DNA from: an uncultured Acidobacteriota bacterium
GTDB taxonomy: Bacteria; Acidobacteriota; Terriglobia; UBA7540
NCBI GenBank assembly: GCA_963719115.1
Contig: CAVRBF010000028.1
Span: 5,633 to 69,632, forward strand
DNA length: 64,000 bases
Reading direction: 5' to 3'
In this document: positions 9,564-18,902 of the stretch, piece after piece
Layout: every line of letters starts with the position of its first letter
Numbering within the stretch: position 1 is the stretch's first letter
Position numbers and translations under genes: made by a program
Notes under the pieces: generated by a model
What the model was told of the DNA's origin: nothing
What the model saw: the letters and a program-made list of their open reading frames with translations, nothing else
Databases searched by the model: none

Positions 9564-9628
9564 TCAGTTCTTCACTATCGACTGTCAACTATCGACTATC
9601 GACTGTCTACTGTTAGCTGTCAGCTAAC

Positions 9629-11320
<1,692 letters not shown>

Positions 11321-11450
11321 TTACCTCCTCCAAATTCTTTAATCGCCTCCCGAATTGGTCCTTCGGGATCGCGGCGTTGAATCATTGATGCTGCCGCGGC
11401 GGGTTGCTTTATAAGCTGGGGAGCAGTCCGCGCGGCTCATACACGGTGCC

Positions 11451-11765
11451 TTACTTCTTGCCGGCAGCCGCCTTCGCGCCTTCAATCACGCCCAGCACTT
11501 CGTCTTCGCGCAGGATCAGGTACTCCTGGTCGTCAACCTTGATTTCCGTGCCGGAATATTTGCCGAAAAGAATGCGATCGCCCGCCTTCACGTCCAAGGG
11601 GATCACTTTGCCGTCTTCCGTCTTCTTGCCATTGCCCGCGGCTATCACTTCGCCCTCCTGCGGCTTCTCCTTCGCCGAATCGGGGATGATGATCCCGCCC
11701 TTGATCGTTTCCTTCTCTTCCACCCGCTTCACTATCAAACGATCATGAAGAGGTCTAACCGTCAT
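11451..11765 (-). CDS. groS: Co-chaperonin GroES (Cpn10)
   Basis: [44 protein letters not shown]..., 104 aa, immediately upstream of groEL. Confidence 0.97.
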   Translation of the reverse strand: MTVRPLHDRLIVKRVEEKETIKGGIIIPDSAKEKPQEGEVIAAGNGKKTEDGKVIPLDVKAGDRILFGKYSGTEIKVDDQEYLILREDEVLGVIEGAKAAAGKK

Positions 11766-11916
11766 AATGAAAGTCTCCTTTCCTCCTCAGATTTGCCCGC
11801 CGTCAGAATCGTGGGGCGCTGGTGACTTCCGCTCCCCGTCCGAATCACGGCGGACTCTTAACTACACGCAAATGGTGTGTGTTTCACTGCCACGCGACGA
11901 TCAAGGGGCACCGTGC

Positions 11917-11943
11917 TTGGCACTCCTCAACCGCGAGTGCTAA
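11917..11943 (-). promoter_or_regulatory. CIRCE operator 1 (HrcA binding site)
   Basis: TTGGCACTC-N9-GAGTGCTAA, against the consensus TTAGCACTC-N9-GAGTGCTAA. It overlaps the -10 and transcription-start region of the predicted groES promoter. Confidence 0.85.
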
Positions 11944-11970
11944 TTTAGCCTTTCCGGCGGCAGGTGTCAA
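11942..11970 (-). promoter_or_regulatory. Sigma-70-type promoter of groESL
   Basis: The minus strand reads TTGACA (11970-11965), a 17-nt spacer, then TAAATT (11947-11942). Confidence 0.55.
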
Positions 11971-11998
11971 GAACTAAATTCGAAGTTGAATCAATGGT

Positions 11999-12025
11999 TT
12001 GGCACTCGACGATGGCGAGTGCCAA
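11999..12025 (-). promoter_or_regulatory. CIRCE operator 2
   Basis: TTGGCACTC-N9-GAGTGCCAA, located upstream of the -35 box. Confidence 0.8.
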
Positions 12026-12135
12026 AGGCGCTTTGGGCCTTTAACATTGCCGCAATCTTAATTTAACTGATTGAAAACATTATGGATTTGTAGTACGTTG
12101 GGTGTTTTAGTGGCGGTTAGGGTCGTATAGACATT

Positions 12136-13341
12136 ATGTCGCTATCGACGTCATTTCGTGGCGGTTCTTTAGCCCAGAGTACTCGATTGTGGCGGAATAA
12201 CCAAAGTGCCGCTAGGCTGGGAACAGCACCATTGAGCATCTTTACCTATGTGGCATTCGCTTGCCTGCTGATGTCGCCGGTCAACAGTCGGGCACAGCAG
12301 GAGGAGGGACCAGAGCCTCCTCCGCTTCAGACACCCGCCAGTCCCATCCAACCGGACGCACTGCTTCCGAAGATCACCGCCGCCGTGCGGGGCGTCATCC
12401 ATTCCGACGCCGTCGCTGTGGCCAAGGCGCTCGGCGTTGACCAAGGGCAATCGGCGACGGGAGTTGCGTCCAACACGCTCACCCCGATCGGCGATTTGGA
12501 CGGCGATGGCGTGGCCGAGTTGCTCTTGCGGTGGGCCGCGCCGGAAGCCACCACCGGACCGGATGTGGCCCCGGCCCCTGACTCCTCGCCTTCGTGGTGC
12601 GTGTACCTGCTTTCCTGGGACGGTGCGCACTGGAACGCTTCACGCCTGGTCGCGGCCGTTGAGCACTACAGCGCTTCCGTGATTCACCTGGGCCGCCCGC
12701 TGGGGCGCGGTCTTGCCATCGTCACCCGCGAAGGCAAATCGGCAATGCCTTACCCCGCCATCTTCCAAGTCGAGAACCACGCCGCCAAACTGCTGTGGGA
12801 CGCACAGTCGGACGAGAGCCTGTATAAGCCGCTGATGCAAGGCCAAGTGAGCTTCCAGGATCACGCCAACGCCGCTGCGGAGATGGTCGTCACCGGCCGA
12901 GCCGACCCGGGGCTGCTGCAGTTCGCGCCGGAGGGACATCGCGGGTTCAAGGTTCGCGCGGTCTATCGCTGGGACGGAAAGAGCTTCACGCCCGCCAAAA
13001 CCGACTACGCGGCGAACGAGGACTACACGCTCTACCGATTCATCGCGGCGCTGCACCTGCACGATTACCGTTCTGCGTACGCACTGGTCTTGCCGGCGCA
13101 ATTCCTGCAAGTCGAGTCACCGACGCTGGACGCGTTTCGCCAGTACGTTCAAAATAATCTGGCGGAGTTTCTCCAGGACGAAGTCTTCGAGGCGCCGGAG
13201 ACCTCCGCAGGCGCTCCGGACCAGCACTTGTTTGTATTGTCCACGCAGGATAAGCGTAACGTTTATCACCCAAGCTTCTCGCGCGATGGTAAATTCCTGC
13301 TGACGGGCTTGGTTCGTACCCATGAGGCAGTGGAACAATAG
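12136..13341 (+). CDS. Hypothetical exported protein
   Basis: 401-aa ORF with a hydrophobic N-terminal segment (SIFTYVAFACLLMSPVNSRAQQ), a Pro-rich linker and a GDLDGDGVAELLL (FG-GAP/VCBS-like) motif. I recognise no family. Confidence 0.45.
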   Translation: MSLSTSFRGGSLAQSTRLWRNNQSAARLGTAPLSIFTYVAFACLLMSPVNSRAQQEEGPEPPPLQTPASPIQPDALLPKITAAVRGVIHSDAVAVAKALGVDQGQSATGVASNTLTPIGDLDGDGVAELLLRWAAPEATTGPDVAPAPDSSPSWCVYLLSWDGAHWNASRLVAAVEHYSASVIHLGRPLGRGLAIVTREGKSAMPYPAIFQVENHAAKLLWDAQSDESLYKPLMQGQVSFQDHANAAAEMVVTGRADPGLLQFAPEGHRGFKVRAVYRWDGKSFTPAKTDYAANEDYTLYRFIAALHLHDYRSAYALVLPAQFLQVESPTLDAFRQYVQNNLAEFLQDEVFEAPETSAGAPDQHLFVLSTQDKRNVYHPSFSRDGKFLLTGLVRTHEAVEQ

Positions 13342-13454
13342 CGCGGAAGTGTGAAGGATGAAGTTTGAAGTATGAAGTACGAAAGCCCTCCCGGTCGGGG
13401 GAACTTTTACCCTTTGTCCTTCACCTTTCGGACTCTGACCTGGCCGCTGAACCT

Positions 13455-14222
13455 ATGACTCTTGCTCATGCCATCCTTCTCTTTGTGGCCGCGGTTCTGG
13501 CCGGCACGATGAATTCTGTCGCCGGGGGCGGCAGCTTCTTTTCATTCCCCGCCCTGATCTTTACCGGCGTTCTTCCCATACCTGCCAACGCCACGAACAC
13601 CGTGGCGGTCTGGCCGGGTTCGGTGGCGAGCGTGTTCTCCTACTGGGACCGCCTGCCCAGGTCGGCGCGACTGATGGTTCCCTTGATTACCATCAGCCTG
13701 CTCGGAGGAACACTCGGCGCCATTGTGCTGCTGCATACTCCCCAGGCGACCTTCATGACGCTGGTCCCTTACCTGTTCGGAGTGGCCACGCTGCTGTTCG
13801 CGTTCGGCAAGCGGCTGACCGGCAAGCTCGGGCGAGTGATCAAGCGGCGCGGTCCCCCATCGTGGCGGGCTATCGTGGGCCTCACCTTGGTGCAGTTCTT
13901 CATTGCCATTTATGGCGGATTTTTCGGCGGCGGCATGGGCATCCTGATGCTCGCAATGCTGGAGATGATCCACCTCGAAGACATTCATGCTATGAACGGC
14001 CTGAAAGCCGTACTGGGCGTCGCCATCAACGGTGCGGCGGTGGTGACGTTTATTGCGGCGAAACAAGTGGTGTGGCCCCAGGGGATTCTGATGATCGTTG
14101 GCGCCGTGGCGGGAGGATATGGCGGCGCCCATGTTGCGCAGAAACTCGATCCCCGCTGGGTGCGCGCGCTGGTGATTGGCGTCGGCGCAGGGATGACCGT
14201 CTACTTCTTATGGCGATACTGA
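13455..14222 (+). CDS. TauE/SafE (TSUP) family anion exporter
   Basis: From the ATG at 13455: MTLAHAILLFVAAVLAGTMNSVAGGGSFFSFPALIFTGVLPIPANATNTVAV. This is a multi-pass membrane protein with the TSUP N-terminal signature. Confidence 0.8.
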   Translation: MTLAHAILLFVAAVLAGTMNSVAGGGSFFSFPALIFTGVLPIPANATNTVAVWPGSVASVFSYWDRLPRSARLMVPLITISLLGGTLGAIVLLHTPQATFMTLVPYLFGVATLLFAFGKRLTGKLGRVIKRRGPPSWRAIVGLTLVQFFIAIYGGFFGGGMGILMLAMLEMIHLEDIHAMNGLKAVLGVAINGAAVVTFIAAKQVVWPQGILMIVGAVAGGYGGAHVAQKLDPRWVRALVIGVGAGMTVYFLWRY

Positions 14223-14813
14223 CGCGAGCGCGGTCAGCGTGAGGAAGAGCCATGAGAGGTCGTCCGGTGTCGCGGCTCGGTCGCTTGCCGTCAAGGGCTG
14301 GAAGTGACGGATGTAATTCTGACGCGGGATTTGATAGAAGCCCATGCCGCAATCCCGCGCCTCCTTCAGCGCTCGTGCGTTGTCCCAGTTATCGTGATCA
14401 ATCCGATAAGCGGCGATGGCGCTCCCCGTGCGGTCCTCTCCAAACCGGCAGTGAACAAAGACGGCGCCACTCTTGGAATCTTCGAGGAGCGCAAGGATCT
14501 TGGCGATCTGCGGCTTCGTCGGCGGCACGAGGCCGGGCATGGGCACGTTCACGTACCGCATGCCGAGCGAAGCGACAAGCTTCGCTTCGCGGGCAGAGCG
14601 ACTCCCGTTCTCTCGAAGATCCACAATGGTATTGACGCCAATCGTGGCCAGATAGCTGAACCCGTCGGTGGTCGGTTGGGCTCCGCGATAGACGTGGCCA
14701 TTGACTTCGTGGAAGTTCTTGATCCCCTGCACGGGCGGCCCGGCCAGCGCGGGCAGACTGAAGAATAATACGGCGAGAAAACTCCGGCACAGCGACGACA
14801 TATGGGTTGGCAC
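14208..14813 (-). CDS. Exported protein-tyrosine/dual-specificity phosphatase-like protein
   Basis: Signal peptide LAVLFFSLPALAG and the P-loop HCRFGEDRTG (HCx5R(S/T)). Its 3' end overlaps the convergent TSUP gene by 15 nt. Confidence 0.7.
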   Translation of the reverse strand: MPTHMSSLCRSFLAVLFFSLPALAGPPVQGIKNFHEVNGHVYRGAQPTTDGFSYLATIGVNTIVDLRENGSRSAREAKLVASLGMRYVNVPMPGLVPPTKPQIAKILALLEDSKSGAVFVHCRFGEDRTGSAIAAYRIDHDNWDNARALKEARDCGMGFYQIPRQNYIRHFQPLTASDRAATPDDLSWLFLTLTALASVSP

Positions 14814-14872
14814 CCTGACATCAATACTTTATCTGGCCTTGGTTTGATTCGCCAAGCCCTATTCAGGTTGTA

Positions 14873-15011
14873 GAAGGACCCCCGTGTTTCGTCTTACCCA
14901 TGTGCGCGACGTGCCGTGCGCTTCGGTACGGTGCGCCCGCGCCGCGCCTCCTAAGTGCGAATGAAAAGGGTCCTTCGTCCCGATGAACTGCATCGGGACT
15001 CAGGATGACAG
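14873..15011 (+). repeat. ~130-bp hairpin-rich interspersed element, copy A
   Basis: gaaggaccccc...cctaagtgcgaatgaaaagggtccttcgtcccgatgaactgcatcgggactcaggatgacag aligns with 29041-29165. Internally it has a perfect 9-bp hairpin (gtcccgatg/catcgggac) and the distal pairing gaaggaccc/gggtccttc. Confidence 0.75.
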
Positions 15012-15012
15012 C

Positions 15013-15987
15013 TTAGTTAGAGGGATTCCGATGTGCCGCGAAGGCGCGGGCGAGGCGGGGATGAGTGGAAGCTGCCGCCTCAAGCTGGGCGGTGATTTCC
15101 GGCGGCGGCAGAGCTTGAAATATTGCCTTGATGGCGTCCTCGGCTTCAGGAGAATTCGTGCGCACCAGGTCGAGCAGGAAATCGAATCCCGCCGGCTGAC
15201 GTGTGAGGCCGATGGCGGAAAGCAGGACGCCGCGAAACCATGGGTCGTGTTCCGGAAGAAATCGGTCGTGGAGGGCGGCAAAGGCTTCCGGCGAACGACT
15301 GGCGGCAATTGCCAGGGCCGCCTCCGCCGCGGCGTCATCGGCGGCGGCGAGGAAGCGGCTGAGCCAGGGAATGGCGGCCGTGCCTTCAATGCCCATGATG
15401 CCGTTGTAGCAGCCGCCCAAGACCTCCGGTTCGTCGTTGCCTACGGCGGCCCGCAAGCGCAACAGGAGAGCGGCGGCGGGAGAACCCACCTGCTCGACGG
15501 CGCGGGCTGCCTCCATGCGCACGGACTTTTCCTTGTCGGCAAAGAGCTCAAGCAGATGCGCGAGCAGATCGTTCTCGGGAAGACTGCGGCACGGCACTAG
15601 CGCCAGGGCGCACGTGGCCCGCAGCGTGGCGGCGGTGTCCGCATGGCCGCCCCAGATCGGCTCAAGCTGAATGTGGCGCATGCCGCGAAGGTAGACGGCC
15701 GGCTCCTGATAGTCGAGCGCCGCCAGCGCATGGCTGATGGCGTTCTTCGCCCAGCACTGAGGATCAGTTTTGACGGGGTCGTCGAAATATCGCTCGAAGG
15801 CGGCCAGCAACTCGGGAATCAATTCCGCCACGCGCAACTCGCGCACCAAGTCCGCCGCCTTGGCCGCGATGTAATTGCTCCGATGGCCAAGCGCCTTGCG
15901 CAGCGGCGCGACTGCCGCCTCCAGCGGCTGGTGACGGAGCTTCTCCAATTCGGCGAGTTGCTCTTCAAACTTGCGCTTGCCAGTCAT
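15013..15987 (-). CDS. HEAT-repeat protein
   Basis: All-helical, Ala/Leu-rich 324-aa protein with repeated A..AL..L.D..-type units. It lies 9 nt downstream of the GH3 gene on the same strand. Confidence 0.55.
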   Translation of the reverse strand: MTGKRKFEEQLAELEKLRHQPLEAAVAPLRKALGHRSNYIAAKAADLVRELRVAELIPELLAAFERYFDDPVKTDPQCWAKNAISHALAALDYQEPAVYLRGMRHIQLEPIWGGHADTAATLRATCALALVPCRSLPENDLLAHLLELFADKEKSVRMEAARAVEQVGSPAAALLLRLRAAVGNDEPEVLGGCYNGIMGIEGTAAIPWLSRFLAAADDAAAEAALAIAASRSPEAFAALHDRFLPEHDPWFRGVLLSAIGLTRQPAGFDFLLDLVRTNSPEAEDAIKAIFQALPPPEITAQLEAAASTHPRLARAFAAHRNPSN

Positions 15988-15996
15988 GGGGGATGC

Positions 15997-18711
15997 TTAC
16001 CGCGGCAACTTTGCTGCGTCGCCGGTGATTTTGAGCTGAGTCTGCACGCCTGCCGTCGTCTCGGCGGGTTGGGCGCCGCCCACGAACACCGCGTATTCGC
16101 CCGGCGCGATGAGGTGTTCGCCCTGCTCGTTGACCATGCTCAAATCACGGGGCGCGAGCGAGTAGCTCAAATGGCGTGTTTCTCCCGGCGCCAAATGGAC
16201 GCGAGTGAATCCTCGCAAGGCCAACAGCGGCGCACCGGCCACGGCCGGGAACTTGAGGTACAACTCCGCCACTTCGTCACCGGCGATTTTCGAAGTATTG
16301 CGGACGTCAACCTGTACGGTAAGGGGCGCGCCGGCCTTAACAGACGCGGACGAGAGCTTCAGGTTGCTGTACGCAAACGTCGAGTAGCTCAAACCATAGC
16401 CAAAACCGTAGAGCGGCTTGCCGTCAAAATACCGGTACGTGCGGTGCGCCATGGAGTAGTCCTGGAAGGGAGGCAGTTGGTCGAGGGAAGCGTAAAACGT
16501 GACCGGCAGGCGCCCGCCGGGATTATTGAGTCCTGCCAGCGTCTCGGCCAGCGCCGTGCCGCCCGCTTCGCCGGAGTACCACGCCTCCAACACCGCCGCG
16601 GCGTGTTCCTGCGCCCAATTCACGGCCACGGCGCTGCCGCTCATCACGACGACCACGAGCGGCTTGCCCGTCGCCGCCAGCGCTTCCAGCAATTGTTGCT
16701 GCGCCGCAGGCAGGCCAATGTCCGTGCGGTCGCCGCCGTCGAATCCGGGCACCTCGATGGGCATCTCTTCGCCCTCGAGGTTCGGCGAAAGCCCCACGAC
16801 GGCCACGACGGCATCAGCTTGCTGCGCCACTTGCACGGCTTCGTTGCGCAGCACGTCCAGCGGCGGCCGCCAGTTCAGCGTAATTCCCGCCGCATAGTGC
16901 GGAGAATCGTGCGTGTATTCGAGGCGAAAATCGTGGGGGCGTGTGTCGTCAAAGTGAGCCGAAAAAGTTGTCGTGGGATTCTTCATTCCGTGCCAGCCAG
17001 TGGCAGTGGCCAGCACTGGCTTGCCGTCCAAATAGACCTGTACGGTTTCCCGGTCATCGCAGGGCCAACAACCCGGTGTGTGGAAACCGAAAGTGTAATC
17101 GCCGGGCCCCGGCGGCGTTAGTGTGCCGGTCCAACGGACGCCGAAGGTTTTCTTGGAGACTCCCACGGCGGGCGATGCCGCGTCCCAATCAAATTGAATC
17201 TGCGAATCCACGCGCGTTACCACGGGCTTACCGGAAAGGTTGGTATTTGAGAAATACTCACCTTTCAAGCCGGAGCTGGCGCTTCCCCCCGCTTGATGAA
17301 AGACGGTGTAGGGCACGGGCGCCGGCAACTGCTCAACGAACGACGAACCTTGGGCATACAGCACGTTGGCCTTGCCGGCGAAGATTTTGCGGATGCCATC
17401 CAGGGGATAGACCGGGTAGGACGGAGTGCCGTTGTAATTTCCCTCCAGCGCCAGCAATGACTCCGCGTTGGGGCCAATCACTGCAAGTGTTTTCACCGTG
17501 GGCTTCAGAGGGAGGACGCCATTATTTTTCAACAACACAATCGACTCGCGAGCTGCGCGCAGAGCCAGTTGTCGGTGCGCGGCGGAGTCGTCTTCCGCAT
17601 AGGGAATCTGGTTAAAGGCCACGGCCGCGGGCGGATCGAACATCCCCATTCGGAACCGCGCCGTGAAGAGGCGCTTCACCGCCGTGTCAATCGCGCTCTC
17701 CTGGATCAAGCCATCGCGCACGGCCTGCGGAAGTGCTATATACTCCTCCCCACAAGTGGTATCCGTCCCAGCCTGGACCGCGACGGCCGAGGCGTGCTCA
17801 TTGTCGGGAGTGAATTTGTGGCCGGCAGTGATGTCGCCCACGGCGCCGCAATCGGAGGTTACGTAGCCGTGGAACTTCCAGTCGTCGCGCAGCGTCTGCT
17901 GGAGAAGAAACTTGCTGGCACACGCCGGCGCGCCGTCCACGGCGTTGTAAGCGCACATCACGGAATCCGCGTGGCCTTCCACCACCGTGGCGCGGAAGGC
18001 GGGAAGGTAGGTATCTTCCAGGTCGTGAGGCGATGCGTCAACGTTGAAGCCGTGCCGCATTTTCTCCGGACCGCTGTGCACCGCGTAGTGCTTGGGCGTG
18101 GCGATGGCCTTGAAGTATTTGGGGTCGTTGCCCTGCACTCCCGTCACAAAGGCCACACCCAGCTTGGCCGTGAGGAAGGGATCTTCGCCCAGGGTTTCCT
18201 GGCCGCGGCCCCAGCGCGGATCGCGGAAGATGTTGATGTTGGGCGACCAGAAATCCAGACCGAAGTAAATGCTGTGGTTTCCCTCGCGCTGCGCCTGGTT
18301 GTACTTGGCCCGAGCCTCGGTGGCAATGGTTTCACCCTCGAGATGAATCAGGCTGGAATCCCAGGTGGCCGCCATGCCGATCGCCTGCGGGAAAACCGTG
18401 GCGAAGCCGGAACGCGCCACGCCGTGCAAAGCCTCGCTCCACCAGTCGTAGGAGGGAACTCCGAGGCGTGGGATGGCCGGCGCCGTGTGCTGCATTTGCC
18501 GGACCTTCTCCTCCAGAGTCATGCGGGAGACGAGATCGTCCACGCGTTTCTCGATCGGAAGGGAAGTGTCCAAATAAGCAGGAGAGGGCGCCGCGGGCTT
18601 GTTTTGGGCAACGGCGGGCAACCCGAGCCCCAAAGTGACGATAATGGCTAACAGCACTCGCACGGCATATGAGTCCTGTGGTTGATGGCGGATGTCGTTC
18701 ATGGGATTCAC
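15997..18711 (-). CDS. Glycoside hydrolase family 3 (beta-glucosidase/xylosidase-like) with inserted PA14 domain
   Basis: Signal peptide, GH3 motifs (FPQAIGMAATWD, KHYAVHSGPE, GYVTSDCGAV) and a PA14-like insert (GLKGEYFSNTNLSGKPVVTRVDSQIQFDW). 904 aa. Confidence 0.9.
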   Translation of the reverse strand: MNPMNDIRHQPQDSYAVRVLLAIIVTLGLGLPAVAQNKPAAPSPAYLDTSLPIEKRVDDLVSRMTLEEKVRQMQHTAPAIPRLGVPSYDWWSEALHGVARSGFATVFPQAIGMAATWDSSLIHLEGETIATEARAKYNQAQREGNHSIYFGLDFWSPNINIFRDPRWGRGQETLGEDPFLTAKLGVAFVTGVQGNDPKYFKAIATPKHYAVHSGPEKMRHGFNVDASPHDLEDTYLPAFRATVVEGHADSVMCAYNAVDGAPACASKFLLQQTLRDDWKFHGYVTSDCGAVGDITAGHKFTPDNEHASAVAVQAGTDTTCGEEYIALPQAVRDGLIQESAIDTAVKRLFTARFRMGMFDPPAAVAFNQIPYAEDDSAAHRQLALRAARESIVLLKNNGVLPLKPTVKTLAVIGPNAESLLALEGNYNGTPSYPVYPLDGIRKIFAGKANVLYAQGSSFVEQLPAPVPYTVFHQAGGSASSGLKGEYFSNTNLSGKPVVTRVDSQIQFDWDAASPAVGVSKKTFGVRWTGTLTPPGPGDYTFGFHTPGCWPCDDRETVQVYLDGKPVLATATGWHGMKNPTTTFSAHFDDTRPHDFRLEYTHDSPHYAAGITLNWRPPLDVLRNEAVQVAQQADAVVAVVGLSPNLEGEEMPIEVPGFDGGDRTDIGLPAAQQQLLEALAATGKPLVVVVMSGSAVAVNWAQEHAAAVLEAWYSGEAGGTALAETLAGLNNPGGRLPVTFYASLDQLPPFQDYSMAHRTYRYFDGKPLYGFGYGLSYSTFAYSNLKLSSASVKAGAPLTVQVDVRNTSKIAGDEVAELYLKFPAVAGAPLLALRGFTRVHLAPGETRHLSYSLAPRDLSMVNEQGEHLIAPGEYAVFVGGAQPAETTAGVQTQLKITGDAAKLPR

Positions 18712-18902
18712 TCCTTCAGAAAGTTGCCGTCATAGTGGCCGAATTAACCGCGACGCGTCAACCGGAAAAGACGCCGGCATTTCAGGCGAAAACAGCATCG
18801 CGCTGGACGAACGTTCCGAGAGCATGATAGAAGTTACGCCGAGTGCGCGGCGGCGAAAGCACCCGCTTGATTCTTTCATACACCTCGGATAGGGAGACGC
18901 AG

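Noticed and set aside
8909-9627. ORFs of 75-142 aa inside the repeat region: 8909-9136(-), 9170-9496(+), 9199-9627(+) and 9549-9821(+).
   Set aside because: Their sequences are translations of the repeats (for example DSGFRDSGFR, TIDCQLSTIDC). They overlap the terminator and the groEL 3' end, and no RBS or start context supports them.
9265-9628. Possible CRISPR array, because of the many short repeats downstream of groEL.
   Set aside because: The repeats are heterogeneous: 7-nt microrepeats, a 106-bp tandem duplication and 9-14-nt units. They are not separated by unique spacers of constant length, and no cas genes are present in the window.
15643-17121. 492-aa ORF on the plus strand, plus the similar long ORFs 21074-22771(-), 22787-24457(-), 41497-42804(-), 54479-56326(+), 10457-11380(+) and 1910-2932(-).
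   Set aside because: Each lies antisense to a gene with clear family motifs. The products are Arg/Ala/Gly/His-rich low-complexity strings with no recognisable motifs. Long antisense ORFs are expected by chance in ~60% GC DNA.
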